From Smithellaceae bacterium (GTDB lineage: Bacteria; Desulfobacterota; Syntrophia; Syntrophales; Smithellaceae): DNA of 64,000 nt. Position 1 is the stretch's first letter; each line of letters starts with the position of its first letter. The position numbers and the translations under genes are program-made. Location of the stretch: positions 1,856,001 to 1,920,000 of the forward strand of contig CAXXVL010000002.1 of assembly GCA_963667845.2 (NCBI GenBank). Direction: 5' to 3'. Shown here piece after piece: positions 47,989 to 58,708 of this stretch. The notes beneath the pieces are model-generated. The model saw only the letters and a program-made list of their open reading frames with translations. It ran no database searches and was not told where the DNA came from.

Positions 47989-49521
47989 ATGATTTTGCAG
48001 CAAAAAGTACTTTATCTTGAGCCGGCGGATTTTCCTAAAGTGCCGTTTGTCATGGAAATGCTGTCTATCCGCTTTATCCGCGAAAATAAGGTTGTGCCGC
48101 TGGAATTCAAACAGGATGGCTTAAAAATTGTCATGGCCGACCCGCACAATCAGGCGGTGATCAACGCGATCAAAATCGCCGTTTCCCGCAATCTGGAAAT
48201 CTATACCAGCGAAAGCCAGGCCATCGATGATTATCTTGAAAAATTCTACAGTCAGGAAACGAAGGACATCAACAAAATCATCGAAAATATCGAAGATAGT
48301 TCCTCCGTACACTACATCCGCGAAGAAGAGGACGATGTCGGCCATCTTCAGGATCTGGCATCCGAAGCTCCTATTATCAGACTGGTCAATATTATTATTA
48401 CGCGCGCGATCGAAAGCCGGGCCAGCGACATTCACATCGAGCCGTTTGATGATGAGGTCAAAGTCCGCTACCGCATCGACGGTGTTTTGCATGATATCGA
48501 GATCATCCCCAAGAAGCTGCAGGCCGCCATTTTTTCCCGCATTAAGATTATGGCGAAATTAAACATTGCGGAAAGACGCCTGCCTCAGGACGGGCGCATC
48601 AAGCTCAAGGTCGGCGGAACGGAAATTGATGTGCGCGTATCCAGTATACCGGTGCTCTATGGCGAAAGTCTGGTGATGCGTCTGCTTGGCCAGAAGGGCA
48701 TTAAGATCGATATGGAACAATTGGGATTCCCTTCGGATTCGCTGGTCACATTCAACAATATTATTAAAAACCCCAACGGCATTATTCTGGTAACCGGCCC
48801 GACGGGCAGCGGGAAAACGACAACGTTATACGGCGCACTGGATAAGATCAATTCCCCTGACAAAAAGATTATCACGGTGGAAGACCCGATAGAGTATCAC
48901 CTCAAGGGAATCAATCAAATACAGGTCATGCCGCAAATCGGTCTCGATTTCCCCAATATCCTGCGCCATATTGTGCGCCAGGACCCGGATATCATCATGA
49001 TCGGCGAAATACGCGATCTCGAAACCGCGGAGATCGCTATTCAATCATCCCTGACGGGGCATCTGGTCTTTTCCACTTTACACACGAATGACGCTCCTAC
49101 AGCCATTACCCGTCTGCTCGACATCGGCGTACCCAACTTCCTTCTGGCCGCAACCATACGCGGTGTTCTGGCACAGCGCCTGGTTCGCGTCATTTGTCCG
49201 GACTGCCGTGAGGTCGACCATGAGGCAATCCATGACGAGCGGGCGAAAGATCTTTTTGCCGAAGAAAAGGTGACTTTCTATCGGGGTCTGGGCTGCGAGA
49301 GATGTGCGTACACCGGCTTTCTGGGCCGTTCCGGTATTTTTGAGCTTTTTACAATTGATAGCACCATTCATCATTTGATAGTCAAAAACGCCGACGGTCA
49401 GCAGATTCGCGAGGCGGCCAGAAAAAATGGCATGCGTACGCTGATGGAAGACGGTCTGCTCAAGGTTAAAGCCGGGGTGACAACCATCAACGAAATATTC
49501 CGAGCGACACAGGAGTTATGA
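47989..49521 (+). CDS. gspE: T2SS ATPase
   Basis: ASDIHIEP, ERRLPQDG, GPTGSGKTT, RQDPD, STLHTND and paired CxxC. Confidence 0.95.
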   Translation: MILQQKVLYLEPADFPKVPFVMEMLSIRFIRENKVVPLEFKQDGLKIVMADPHNQAVINAIKIAVSRNLEIYTSESQAIDDYLEKFYSQETKDINKIIENIEDSSSVHYIREEEDDVGHLQDLASEAPIIRLVNIIITRAIESRASDIHIEPFDDEVKVRYRIDGVLHDIEIIPKKLQAAIFSRIKIMAKLNIAERRLPQDGRIKLKVGGTEIDVRVSSIPVLYGESLVMRLLGQKGIKIDMEQLGFPSDSLVTFNNIIKNPNGIILVTGPTGSGKTTTLYGALDKINSPDKKIITVEDPIEYHLKGINQIQVMPQIGLDFPNILRHIVRQDPDIIMIGEIRDLETAEIAIQSSLTGHLVFSTLHTNDAPTAITRLLDIGVPNFLLAATIRGVLAQRLVRVICPDCREVDHEAIHDERAKDLFAEEKVTFYRGLGCERCAYTGFLGRSGIFELFTIDSTIHHLIVKNADGQQIREAARKNGMRTLMEDGLLKVKAGVTTINEIFRATQEL

Positions 49522-50717
49522 TGCCCAGCTATTCCTACCGATCTATTAACAGGGATGGGACAGTTTCAGAAGCTGTGATGGAGGCTCGCAGCGAACATGA
49601 AGTCGAACTGTTGTTGAAGAATAATAACGTCATCCCCCTGCGGATACAGGAAGTCAAACATGGTTTTGGAAAAGATTCATTTTCTTTCCGGTCGGCCAAA
49701 GGTGAGCTGCAGGTTTTCACCACTGAATTGTATACGCTGATGAGCGCCGGTCTGCCGCTGGACCGCAGCTTGAATATTCTGCTTGCCATTACCCGTAATA
49801 AGAAAATGAAGGAAGTCATCTTTGACATCCTCAAGTCCATTCGGGAAGGCGGGACATTTTCCGACGCCCTGCAGAAGCACCCTAAAGTATTTTCCATGCT
49901 TTACATCAACATGATCAGAGCCGGAGAAATAAGCGGCGCACTGGATTTGGTGCTCGAAAAGCTGATTGAATTTCTGGAAGCGTCGGAGGAATTAAAGGAT
50001 CATATCTTTTCCGCAATGATTTATCCGGTGATTCTCGTGATCACCGGCATCTTGTCCGTTATCATTCTGGTGACGGTTGTGCTGCCGAAATTTACCAGAA
50101 TTTTTGCCGATCTGGGGACCCAGCTGCCCGCTTCCACGCAGGTGCTTGTCGCATTCAGCAATATCATCCTGATGTTCTGGTGGGTCATTTTGCTGGCCGC
50201 TGCTGTCGCGTGGTTTGTCATTCGGAGCTATCTCAAAACCGACAAAGGCCGATACAAAGGTGATCAACTGAAACTCAAGGTGATGGGCGACGTCATTTTG
50301 AAACTGGAGACCGCGAGGTTCTGCCGGACATTGGGCGCGCTGTTACGCAGCGGCGTGCCGCTTTTGCAGGCGGTGAAAAATGCCAAGGATATTATCGGCA
50401 ATTTTGTGGTTTCCACGGCTCTGGATCGGGTGACGAAAGAAATCAAGGAAGGGAAGGGCATTTCCAAGCCGCTGTCCGATGCCAATATTTTCCCTGAGCT
50501 GGCCATGTCGATGATCAAGGTCGGCGAAGAGACGGGGCAATTGGATGTGATGCTGATCAAAGTGGCCAATACGTATGAGAAGAGTTTAAAGATTTCCATT
50601 AAACGGTTCATCAGCATTCTGGAGCCGGCACTGATTCTGAGCATGGCTTTGGTGACGGGCTTCATCGTCATATCATTATTGATGGCGATATTCAGCATTA
50701 CGGACATTCCGTTTTAA
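49518..50717 (+). CDS. gspF: T2SS inner membrane platform protein
   Basis: AGLPL, AGEISGAL, AMIYP, GEETGQL and LEP. Confidence 0.95.
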   Translation: MMPSYSYRSINRDGTVSEAVMEARSEHEVELLLKNNNVIPLRIQEVKHGFGKDSFSFRSAKGELQVFTTELYTLMSAGLPLDRSLNILLAITRNKKMKEVIFDILKSIREGGTFSDALQKHPKVFSMLYINMIRAGEISGALDLVLEKLIEFLEASEELKDHIFSAMIYPVILVITGILSVIILVTVVLPKFTRIFADLGTQLPASTQVLVAFSNIILMFWWVILLAAAVAWFVIRSYLKTDKGRYKGDQLKLKVMGDVILKLETARFCRTLGALLRSGVPLLQAVKNAKDIIGNFVVSTALDRVTKEIKEGKGISKPLSDANIFPELAMSMIKVGEETGQLDVMLIKVANTYEKSLKISIKRFISILEPALILSMALVTGFIVISLLMAIFSITDIPF

Positions 50718-50735
50718 CGGGTTAAGGATAGAACC

Positions 50736-51224
50736 ATGCAGCAGAGAGAGCGATTTCGGGATTCGGGAGAGCGGGGCTTTACGTTGATGGAAATTCTGGT
50801 CGTGATGATGTTGATGTCCTTAATCCTGAGTATCAGTGCCGCCTTATTTTCGAATACGCTGCCCGGAGCGAAGCAGAAAGCGGCAGCCAGGGAAATTGTC
50901 GCAACACTCAGATACGCGAAACATTTGGCTGCTGCCAAAAATGAAAGACAGGTCTTGCTATTTGACCTCGACGCCAGAAGCTATGGCATTCAAGGGAGCG
51001 CTAAGAAGATGATCCCGGAAAAGACCAAACTTTCAATTTATGAATCTGATATCAATACCGCTCCTGTTACCCAGGGGCAGTATACGATCTCATATGATTC
51101 TACCGGTTCCGATCATTGGGGCCGGATCAAACTTTCCAGGGGCGATCGGATCATTCAGATCAAGGCGGATCCGATTATGACGGCTTTGATTACCGATGAT
51201 AAGCACGATGACCGGCATGAATAA
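50736..51224 (+). CDS. gspH: minor pseudopilin
   Basis: ERG/FTLME prepilin motif; position in operon. Confidence 0.8.
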   Translation: MQQRERFRDSGERGFTLMEILVVMMLMSLILSISAALFSNTLPGAKQKAAAREIVATLRYAKHLAAAKNERQVLLFDLDARSYGIQGSAKKMIPEKTKLSIYESDINTAPVTQGQYTISYDSTGSDHWGRIKLSRGDRIIQIKADPIMTALITDDKHDDRHE

Positions 51225-51630
51225 TTGCGTGATCAAAAACAGGCGGGGTTTCACCCTGCTGGAGATCATGGTCTCGCTGGTACTGATCTGCCTTGTGGTC
51301 GTTTCCGTCATTCAACTCTCTTCAGCCAATTTACGCAATCTGGCCGCTTCCGACGACCGCATCGAGACGCTTGAGCGCGCCAACGCTAAAATGCGCGAGG
51401 TGCTCGACAGCGATCGATTTAAAGACAAGGTCTGGCATGAAGTCGATGCCGAAGGTTATGCTTATGACATCAGCTTTGCTGAAATATTGAAGGAGCGTTC
51501 AGACGCATTATCCGTGAAACTCGTGGAGATTACGGTATCTATGCAGAGTGCAAAAGACAAAGGATCAAAGAAGATAACCCTGAAAACAGCGAAGATGATT
51601 TCCAAATCAGACGCGTTGAAAAGTCAATAA
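51217..51630 (+). CDS. gspI: minor pseudopilin
   Basis: RRG/FTLLE prepilin motif; position in operon. Confidence 0.8.
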   Translation: MNNCVIKNRRGFTLLEIMVSLVLICLVVVSVIQLSSANLRNLAASDDRIETLERANAKMREVLDSDRFKDKVWHEVDAEGYAYDISFAEILKERSDALSVKLVEITVSMQSAKDKGSKKITLKTAKMISKSDALKSQ

Positions 51631-51652
51631 TGACCCGTTTTCAGGAGGGGAA

Positions 51653-52282
51653 TTGAAATTGAACCAACGAGGCTTCACCCTGCTTGAGCTCATCATCGCG
51701 ATTACCATGCTGGCCGTCATAGTCGGAATCATGACCGGTGCGCTGTCCATGGCTTATAAGACAATGGAGAAGGGCGAAAAGAAAGTGGATGCCCTCGAGC
51801 GGAAAAGAATCGTCTTGCCGCTGATCGAATCACAGATACAATCCGCTTTTTCAAGCGAATATACCGAGCAAGCCGAAAAAAAAAGCCGGTTTGCCGGTGA
51901 AAAAGACAGCCTGACGTTTGCCAGCAATTATTCCCTCTGGAGAGGCACCAGTGGAAACAGTCTGGTCAGATACTATATCAAAAGAACTGACCAGGGCAGA
52001 AGCGTTTTGCATGTTGAAGAACGGATCTTGGGAACAAACGCCGGGAATGAAGCCGGATTGACGAAGGATTATGAATCGATTACATTTCAGTATTATTTGA
52101 AAAATTCACTGGAAGAAGGCAAATGGGTTGACCAGTGGCCTCAAGATGAAAAAAGCATGCCGCGAAAAATAAGGATTAGTTTTGCCGACGGCGTCAATAA
52201 AAAAATAGTGACGGCCAATGTCCTCATCGCAACAGACCTTGTAAATGCTGCCTCAATTGCGCAGCCGGTCACAGCGAAGTGA
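51653..52282 (+). CDS. gspJ: minor pseudopilin
   Basis: QRG/FTLLE; C-terminal W..W.....P..I; TTG start with SD AGGAGG. Confidence 0.85.
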   Translation: MKLNQRGFTLLELIIAITMLAVIVGIMTGALSMAYKTMEKGEKKVDALERKRIVLPLIESQIQSAFSSEYTEQAEKKSRFAGEKDSLTFASNYSLWRGTSGNSLVRYYIKRTDQGRSVLHVEERILGTNAGNEAGLTKDYESITFQYYLKNSLEEGKWVDQWPQDEKSMPRKIRISFADGVNKKIVTANVLIATDLVNAASIAQPVTAK

Positions 52283-52310
52283 GCCGGTGGATTTAATCGA
52301 TGGCATAAGC

Positions 52311-53321
52311 ATGTTAAGGCTGGAAGTGAACATCCTCAGGAAGAACAGCGGCATCGCCTTGATGGTCGTGCTCTGGGTCATGACACTCCTCATCGTCATT
52401 ACATTTTCTTTTGCGGTGATGGTCCGGACGGAAGTGTTTTCAACAACGACGTTCAAGGAACAGATGGAAAACAAGTATCTGGCGGAGGCAGGCATGCACA
52501 GGGGCATGCTGGAGATTTACTATCGAAACGCCTATAAGAATAATCAGCTGAAGCTGGATAATCCGGAAGTATACTCAACCGATGGTACATTTTATCACGG
52601 ACAAATGGAGGACGGGCAGTACCGGGTTGCCGTCATGGATGAAAGCGGTAAAATCGACATCAACCAGTTGAATGATACGACGGGTATTGTTCTGAATAAT
52701 TTGCTTGTGAATATGGGGATTGAAAAGAATCACGCCGATACGATAGTCGACTCGATTCTGGACTGGAAAGATGCAGATGATCTTCATCGGCTCAACGGTG
52801 CGGAGAGTGACTATTATATGAGCCTGCCCAATCCTTATAAAGCGAAAGACGCCAATTTTGACAATCTGGACGAACTCTTGCTGGTAAAAGGAGTAACGCG
52901 GGATATTCTTTACGGCGGGGCCGAAAAACCCGGTCTGATACAGTATCTGACGGTGTATTCCTCCGCAAGTCTGATCAATATCAATACAGCCCAGCCTGAG
53001 GTGCTCAAAGCCATACCTTTTTTAACGGATGATATGCTCCAGAGTATTATCAGTTACCGGAAGGCGGACAATACCAAGAAAGACGGTTCCGGTTTGCAAG
53101 CCATGCTACCGGCCGGCGATTATGCCAAGATTTCACCCTATGTAACGACTGCTGATTCGAATACCTATTCCATTGAAGCGATCGGCTATAAAACCGTGAT
53201 GACCGGAGGCTATTCACTCAAAGCGGTCGTGATGGTCGCAGGTGCCGATAGTTATAAAATACTTTATTATCAAAGCCCGGCGCATATAGAGACACCGAAA
53301 AATGATCGACTATCAAAATAA
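52311..53321 (+). CDS. gspK: minor pseudopilin
   Basis: SG/IALMVVLW, DESGKIDIN, ILDWKDADD...GAE and ININTA. Confidence 0.9.
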   Translation: MLRLEVNILRKNSGIALMVVLWVMTLLIVITFSFAVMVRTEVFSTTTFKEQMENKYLAEAGMHRGMLEIYYRNAYKNNQLKLDNPEVYSTDGTFYHGQMEDGQYRVAVMDESGKIDINQLNDTTGIVLNNLLVNMGIEKNHADTIVDSILDWKDADDLHRLNGAESDYYMSLPNPYKAKDANFDNLDELLLVKGVTRDILYGGAEKPGLIQYLTVYSSASLININTAQPEVLKAIPFLTDDMLQSIISYRKADNTKKDGSGLQAMLPAGDYAKISPYVTTADSNTYSIEAIGYKTVMTGGYSLKAVVMVAGADSYKILYYQSPAHIETPKNDRLSK

Positions 53322-54642
53322 ACTCCAGAATGCCTATCGGGTAACTGAGAAATTCGGCAAGGTGCTATGGAAGTTCCTGTCATTGAGCCTAGCCGATCAT
53401 ATGTTTTCGTTTGCGAAAGTGGTATGCATCTCCGTCGAGTCCGCTGGTATTTATCTCGTTTACGGCGAGAAAGCGCTCTGGCGAACAATGATTCGGCATT
53501 ATAAATACTATCCGTTGGAGGAGAATCAATCGCCAAGCCCCGAGTATCTTGCTTCAGTTGTTTCCAGATTTGTCGCTGAATTCAATATATCGAGGACTGA
53601 TTTTGTCCTTTGCCTGCCCCGTGACTGGGCCATTGTTCAAAATGTCGAGTTCCCTTTAGCGGCCAAAGAAAACCTTTCCATGGTCATATCCTTTGAGCTG
53701 GACAGGCTCACGCCGCTTTCGAAGAATAATGCCTGCTATGATTACTATATACTTGGCGAAGATCTTCAAAGCATAAAAGTTATGCTCGTCGTTGCCAGGG
53801 CTGATCAGATCCAGGATTATCTGCAGGCGCTCCAATTGAAGGACATAAAAGTTAAAAGGACCGCCATCAGTTCTCTCCTGATTGACGAGCTGACCAGCTT
53901 AAGCCGTCAGCCGAGAGTCCTTATCGACACCGACGAAAAACAATACAATATATTTCGGGATAAACTAAGAAGCATTGAAGTCTCCCGGCTGGATAAAACG
54001 ATCGGGCTCGGTGCGCCTGTCCAGGAGAAAGAATTAACCCCCGCTGCCTTGGGTGGTATGTTTGATGCCCTTTGGCCAAATGAACAAAGCATCAACCTGC
54101 TTAGCAAAACTAATCATGTCCGGACTCGCACACCATTGTTTCTGACAATTGCATTGCTTGCGGTTATCCTGGCGATCTTCGCATTTTATTTCCTTATGCC
54201 GGTGTATTTCGAGCAACAAAAATTGAATGACATGGATCGGCATATTCAAGCGCTGAAGCCCGCAGTGAAAAAAATAGAAGTATTAAAAGGCGAAATTGCC
54301 GCGATCGCCTCAGACATTAAAGCCATTGATGATTTTAAAACTCAGAACGATTTGACGATGAATATTATCAAGGACATCACGACGATATTACCGCCAAAAA
54401 CCTGGCTGACGCGACTGAGGATAACAGATACCACGGCGGAGATGGAAGGGTACTCAGCGTCCGCTACGGAGATTATTCTGAAATTGGAAAATTCAAGATA
54501 CTTTCAAAAAGTGGAATTTGCATCGCCCACTTTTAGAGACTACAGGCAAAATAATGAGCGCTTTGTGATCAAGATGGAATTGAAAAATAATAAGATCAAG
54601 AAAGATCTGAAGGCAGAGGTAAAAAATGAAAAGAAAAAGTAA
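53302..54642 (+). CDS. gspL: T2SS GspL / PilN-like protein
   Basis: Cytoplasmic domain (FELDRLTP), INLL before a TM helix, coiled coil, C-terminal PilN-like domain. Confidence 0.75.
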   Translation: MIDYQNKLQNAYRVTEKFGKVLWKFLSLSLADHMFSFAKVVCISVESAGIYLVYGEKALWRTMIRHYKYYPLEENQSPSPEYLASVVSRFVAEFNISRTDFVLCLPRDWAIVQNVEFPLAAKENLSMVISFELDRLTPLSKNNACYDYYILGEDLQSIKVMLVVARADQIQDYLQALQLKDIKVKRTAISSLLIDELTSLSRQPRVLIDTDEKQYNIFRDKLRSIEVSRLDKTIGLGAPVQEKELTPAALGGMFDALWPNEQSINLLSKTNHVRTRTPLFLTIALLAVILAIFAFYFLMPVYFEQQKLNDMDRHIQALKPAVKKIEVLKGEIAAIASDIKAIDDFKTQNDLTMNIIKDITTILPPKTWLTRLRITDTTAEMEGYSASATEIILKLENSRYFQKVEFASPTFRDYRQNNERFVIKMELKNNKIKKDLKAEVKNEKKK

Positions 54643-55177
54643 ACTGCTGATTTTGTCAATTCCCGTTATCATCGTCATGGCTGTTTTTCTTATTTACGAA
54701 TATGGCGTGGTCAACATCTATCGGCAGGCCGAGGCCCTGAGGGAAGACCATGATGTCAAGATGAAAATGCTGGAGAAATATGCCGCTTTGATCGCGCAGA
54801 AAGAATCGCTGCAGAAACAGATGGCTGAACTGCGACAGACCAGAAAAAATGAGGAAACCAAAATGATGGCGGGGCAGACCACTGCCATTGCTTCAGCCAA
54901 TTTGCAGAATGCCGTTAAGGGAATCATAACGGCGCGGAATGGGATCATCAACAGCGAAAGAGTGGAACAAACCGCAGAGGAAGGCAAGTTTAAGCTTATC
55001 AGTGTTTCAACTGACGCTGTATTTCCGGATATCAGAGCGCTTTCGGACACTCTGGCGTCCATTGAAACGCAGATCCCTTACCTGGTTGTCAAAGAAGTTG
55101 ATGTGCGCGTGCGCAATTACGCTGATCCGAAGGATCTGATGGTGAAACTCAAAGTCGCGGCACTGGCGGGTCCATAA
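54626..55177 (+). CDS. gspM: T2SS GspM-like protein
   Basis: TM helix, coiled coil and C-terminal domain; follows gspL. Confidence 0.7.
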   Translation: MKRKSKLLILSIPVIIVMAVFLIYEYGVVNIYRQAEALREDHDVKMKMLEKYAALIAQKESLQKQMAELRQTRKNEETKMMAGQTTAIASANLQNAVKGIITARNGIINSERVEQTAEEGKFKLISVSTDAVFPDIRALSDTLASIETQIPYLVVKEVDVRVRNYADPKDLMVKLKVAALAGP

Positions 55178-55180
55178 GTC

Positions 55181-56041
55181 ATGAATAAAGTTCACTACGC
55201 TTTAAGGAATATCAATGTTTTGAATTTGCTGCTTTTGGTCCTGGCGGTGGCGTTGTTTTTTACAATGGCATATCCTCTGCTGAGCACAGACGTAAAAACA
55301 AATATTCCGCGGGTAAAAGCGGCGGCAATAAAGAAAGAAGGAAATGCTCGATCTGAAAATTTGCCTAATATTTTAGATAATTTTGTTTTAAATGAAAATA
55401 CCTTCTTTCATCCGTTCTCAATTGCTGACCGCACCGTAAATGTCCCGGAGACGAAAACGGAGTCGGTACAAAAACAGGAGAATATTGCCGATGTCAATAT
55501 ACCGGCGGCGTTGGATTATGCCATTGTGACTGAAAAGAACCTGTTTCACCCTGAAAGGAAAATGCCTCCGGAGAAGAAAGATGAACAGATCGTTGTCAGA
55601 CCGGATCTAATATTTTACGGTTCGGTCATAACCGGCGAGAAGAAAATTGCCTACATTGAAGACAAGAAGAATCCTTATTCAACGCCCGGACGGGGAAAAA
55701 GACAGGTGCCGTTTGTTGAGGGCTCGATGATCGGCGGGTATATCCTCAAGGAAGTGAATCCCGAATTCATTGTTCTGGTGCGGGGCCAGGACAAAATGGT
55801 CGTTAATCTGCGCGATCAAAAAGACAGAAAGACGGCTGAAACGACAGCGACGGGACTTCGGTCGACAGCGGCAACAACAAAACCCCAAACACCCACAGGA
55901 CCGCAAATATCTGCCGGACAGGCGTCCGGTCCAATGCCGGGATTACAGCCGGACAAGCCAGCGACTACCCGCTCCCGACGTCCATCATATCCGCCAAAAC
56001 AAATCATTATTAACAATAAAGACATGAATCCGGTAAAATAA
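55181..56041 (+). CDS. putative GspC-like protein
   Basis: N-terminal TM; EKNLFHPER; L.FYG...AYIED...GSMIGGYILKEV homology-region pattern; Pro-rich tail. Confidence 0.55.
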   Translation: MNKVHYALRNINVLNLLLLVLAVALFFTMAYPLLSTDVKTNIPRVKAAAIKKEGNARSENLPNILDNFVLNENTFFHPFSIADRTVNVPETKTESVQKQENIADVNIPAALDYAIVTEKNLFHPERKMPPEKKDEQIVVRPDLIFYGSVITGEKKIAYIEDKKNPYSTPGRGKRQVPFVEGSMIGGYILKEVNPEFIVLVRGQDKMVVNLRDQKDRKTAETTATGLRSTAATTKPQTPTGPQISAGQASGPMPGLQPDKPATTRSRRPSYPPKQIIINNKDMNPVK

Positions 56042-56271
56042 TATATCGTCTGTCGCAAAATAAGCGACTATTTTGCGAACGTCCGTTCTATCTATCTGCA
56101 ATCATTAATTTTAATAACATACCCGTCAACGCAAAACTAAGACATCACAATGTGAATCAATGTGTTCTTTTTATCATTTTCCTCCCCCGACGTAAAAAAC
56201 TTTTAGATTAATCTTTAATGATAATCATATGTTGTCATTAATCGCCGGTTCCCGGCGCCATCATAGCTTAA

Positions 56272-56293
56272 GCCTACCATTTGCCTACCATTT
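56272..56293. repeat. 11 bp tandem direct repeat upstream of cusB
   Basis: GCCTACCATTT x2. Confidence 0.6.
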
Positions 56294-56599
56294 AACCATC
56301 ATTGTCTTACCCGAACAAATCCCTTATTAATATTTATCGCTGAAACGTTACATTGCAAGGTGAAGAAGTATTGTCGGCGAAAGAAACAAGAAAATAGGCG
56401 CAGCATTACCAAATGCTTGATATTTATAAGTTTACCTGGTGGGGTAACGCGTCGCCCCAGGGGAAGATTCCTTAAAATATATGGGATGTCTTGAAGAATA
56501 ATTGGGCAGCTTTGAGCGGAATCATCTCCTGCTCGCGAGAATTCATGAACGATCCAGGATACAGGTCCTGGAGAACAACATTACTTGCGGTGATGGACA

Positions 56600-58708
56600 T
56601 TGAAAACCAGCTTTCGAATAGCATTGCTTTTATTGGTGGTGGTGAGCGCATTTCTTGCCGGTTCATGGATTACCCATTGGGGAAGCAAACATCCGCAGAC
56701 AGCGGACCGCAAGATTCTCTATTATGTCGATCCGATGAATCCGGCCTTCAAATCCGAAAAACCGGGCATAGCACCCTGCGGCATGGCGCTGGAACCCGTC
56801 TATGCCGGAAGTGAAGGCGGGCCGGCTCTTCCGGGCCAACTGCGGCCAGGGACGATTCGCGTCAACCTGGAAAAGCAGCAACTGATCGGTATTAAAGTTG
56901 CGGTCGTGGAAAAAGCTCCCTGGAGTCATACGCTCCGGGTTTTGGGACGCGTCATTCCCGACGAGACGCGCGTTTACCGGATCAACGCCGCCGTCAACGG
57001 TTCGATTGAAGATGTTCTGCCCGTGACAACCGGCGCGCAGATAACAAAAAATCAATTGCTGGCCACGTTCTATTCGCCGGAAACTCGTTCCCTGGTGCAG
57101 ACTTATTTCAACATCACTGCTTCAGGCAAGACAAATAGTCAGGGGAGTAAACAGGCGGAGAAAGTAGATCCATACAGCACAGCCCGTCTGAAACAGGCAA
57201 GAGAAGCGACAAGGAACCTGGGGCTAAGCGCGGAACGTGATCAGGTCAATTATTATCGAATGAGTCTCTTCAACCTGGGAATGACTGAATACCAGCTGGA
57301 TGAAATTGACAGAACGCGGAATATTCCCGATGTTCTGGATATCAGGGCTCCGATTTCAGGTTTTATTCTTTCGCGGAATGTATCACCCGGCCTGCGCTTC
57401 GACAGAGGGGCGGAGTTTTTTCGGATTGCCGATCTTTCTCGCGTCTGGATTCTGGCCGACGTTTTCGAAAATGAAGCGACTTTCTTCCAGCCCGGTCGGC
57501 GCGTGAAAATGGAGCTCCCTTATCAGAAAAAGACCCTGTATGCGCAGATGAGCAACGTCTTGCCCCTGTTTGATCCGGGAACAAGGACCCTCAAGTTACG
57601 ACTGGAAGCGAATAATCCGGGCTACGCGTTGCGTCCCGACATGTTTGTCAATGTGGAGATCCCGGTGAGCGGGCCGCCGGCAATTATCATTCCCACGGAC
57701 GCGGTTATCGATTCAGGGTTGAAAAAGACCGTGTTTATCGACCGGGGGAAGGGCTATTTTGAGCCCAGGCAGGTGGAAACGGGGCGCTCGCTCGGTGAAC
57801 GTGTGGAAATTACCCGGGGCCTGATGCCCGGAGAAAAGATCGTTGTGTCGGGGAATTTCCTGATCGATTCCGAGTCCAGAATGAAGCAGGCCGCCGTCGG
57901 GATCAACGGCAAGGCGGGACGCGACAGTGTTTGCGGCATGAATATCGACGAAGACCGGTCCAGGGCCGCGGGCTTCAGCAAAGAATATCAGGGCAAGACG
58001 TACTTCTTCTGCTCAAATGAGTGCCGTGATGAGTTCGGCAAAACGCCCGGGCGGTATGCTGAAGCGGCCGGTGTGAAAGGAACCATGCCGCCTGCCGGGG
58101 TGAAAGCAAACTCAGGCATGGATCATTCGGCGCACGGCTCGAAAAGTGAAGACCGGCCGTCAAGTCATGCTGCCCGGCATGATCACGACGGAATGAAGCA
58201 TCCCGCGTCGGCCGAATCGCCGGTCCCGGCTGCTGAAACATCACCCATGCGTATGGAAAGAAAGCACACGGGAAAGACCAACAGCGTGAACAAAGCCGTG
58301 CCCGATCAGCCGCCGCAGGCTCCTGCAAGTTCCGCCATAACGCCGGTAAGCCCGGTAAAGCCGGGTATGCCATCCATGTCGCCGTCTTCACCGCAAAGCG
58401 CGCCATCCGGGTCTCTCGGCGGGCCGCTGCAAAAACCGCCGGTCGGCCAGGGGAGCAGTGATTTCAGACCACAACCTCCCGGAAATCCAACGCTGAGCGC
58501 GCCCCGCGGAGAAAACCTGGACAGTGCAACAAAACTTCGCAACCAGAGGATAATGAGGCGGCAACCTCCCGGCATGATTACGCCTGCCGTTCCCGGAGAT
58601 TCCATCCTGCCCGCGTCCGAAAAAAACCGCGGCACTTCCCCCGACGGAAAGACAGTTCAGATGGAGCAGCGCATGAAGACAACCGACGACGGGCAAAATC
58701 ATGATTAA
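56600..58708 (+). CDS. cusB: CusB-type membrane fusion protein with metal-binding N-domain, YHS domain and His/Pro-rich tail
   Basis: YYVDPMNP...APCGMAL, ADLSRVW, TRT, LRPDMF, FLIDSE; YHS VCGM...YFFCSNEC. Confidence 0.88.
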   Translation: MKTSFRIALLLLVVVSAFLAGSWITHWGSKHPQTADRKILYYVDPMNPAFKSEKPGIAPCGMALEPVYAGSEGGPALPGQLRPGTIRVNLEKQQLIGIKVAVVEKAPWSHTLRVLGRVIPDETRVYRINAAVNGSIEDVLPVTTGAQITKNQLLATFYSPETRSLVQTYFNITASGKTNSQGSKQAEKVDPYSTARLKQAREATRNLGLSAERDQVNYYRMSLFNLGMTEYQLDEIDRTRNIPDVLDIRAPISGFILSRNVSPGLRFDRGAEFFRIADLSRVWILADVFENEATFFQPGRRVKMELPYQKKTLYAQMSNVLPLFDPGTRTLKLRLEANNPGYALRPDMFVNVEIPVSGPPAIIIPTDAVIDSGLKKTVFIDRGKGYFEPRQVETGRSLGERVEITRGLMPGEKIVVSGNFLIDSESRMKQAAVGINGKAGRDSVCGMNIDEDRSRAAGFSKEYQGKTYFFCSNECRDEFGKTPGRYAEAAGVKGTMPPAGVKANSGMDHSAHGSKSEDRPSSHAARHDHDGMKHPASAESPVPAAETSPMRMERKHTGKTNSVNKAVPDQPPQAPASSAITPVSPVKPGMPSMSPSSPQSAPSGSLGGPLQKPPVGQGSSDFRPQPPGNPTLSAPRGENLDSATKLRNQRIMRRQPPGMITPAVPGDSILPASEKNRGTSPDGKTVQMEQRMKTTDDGQNHD

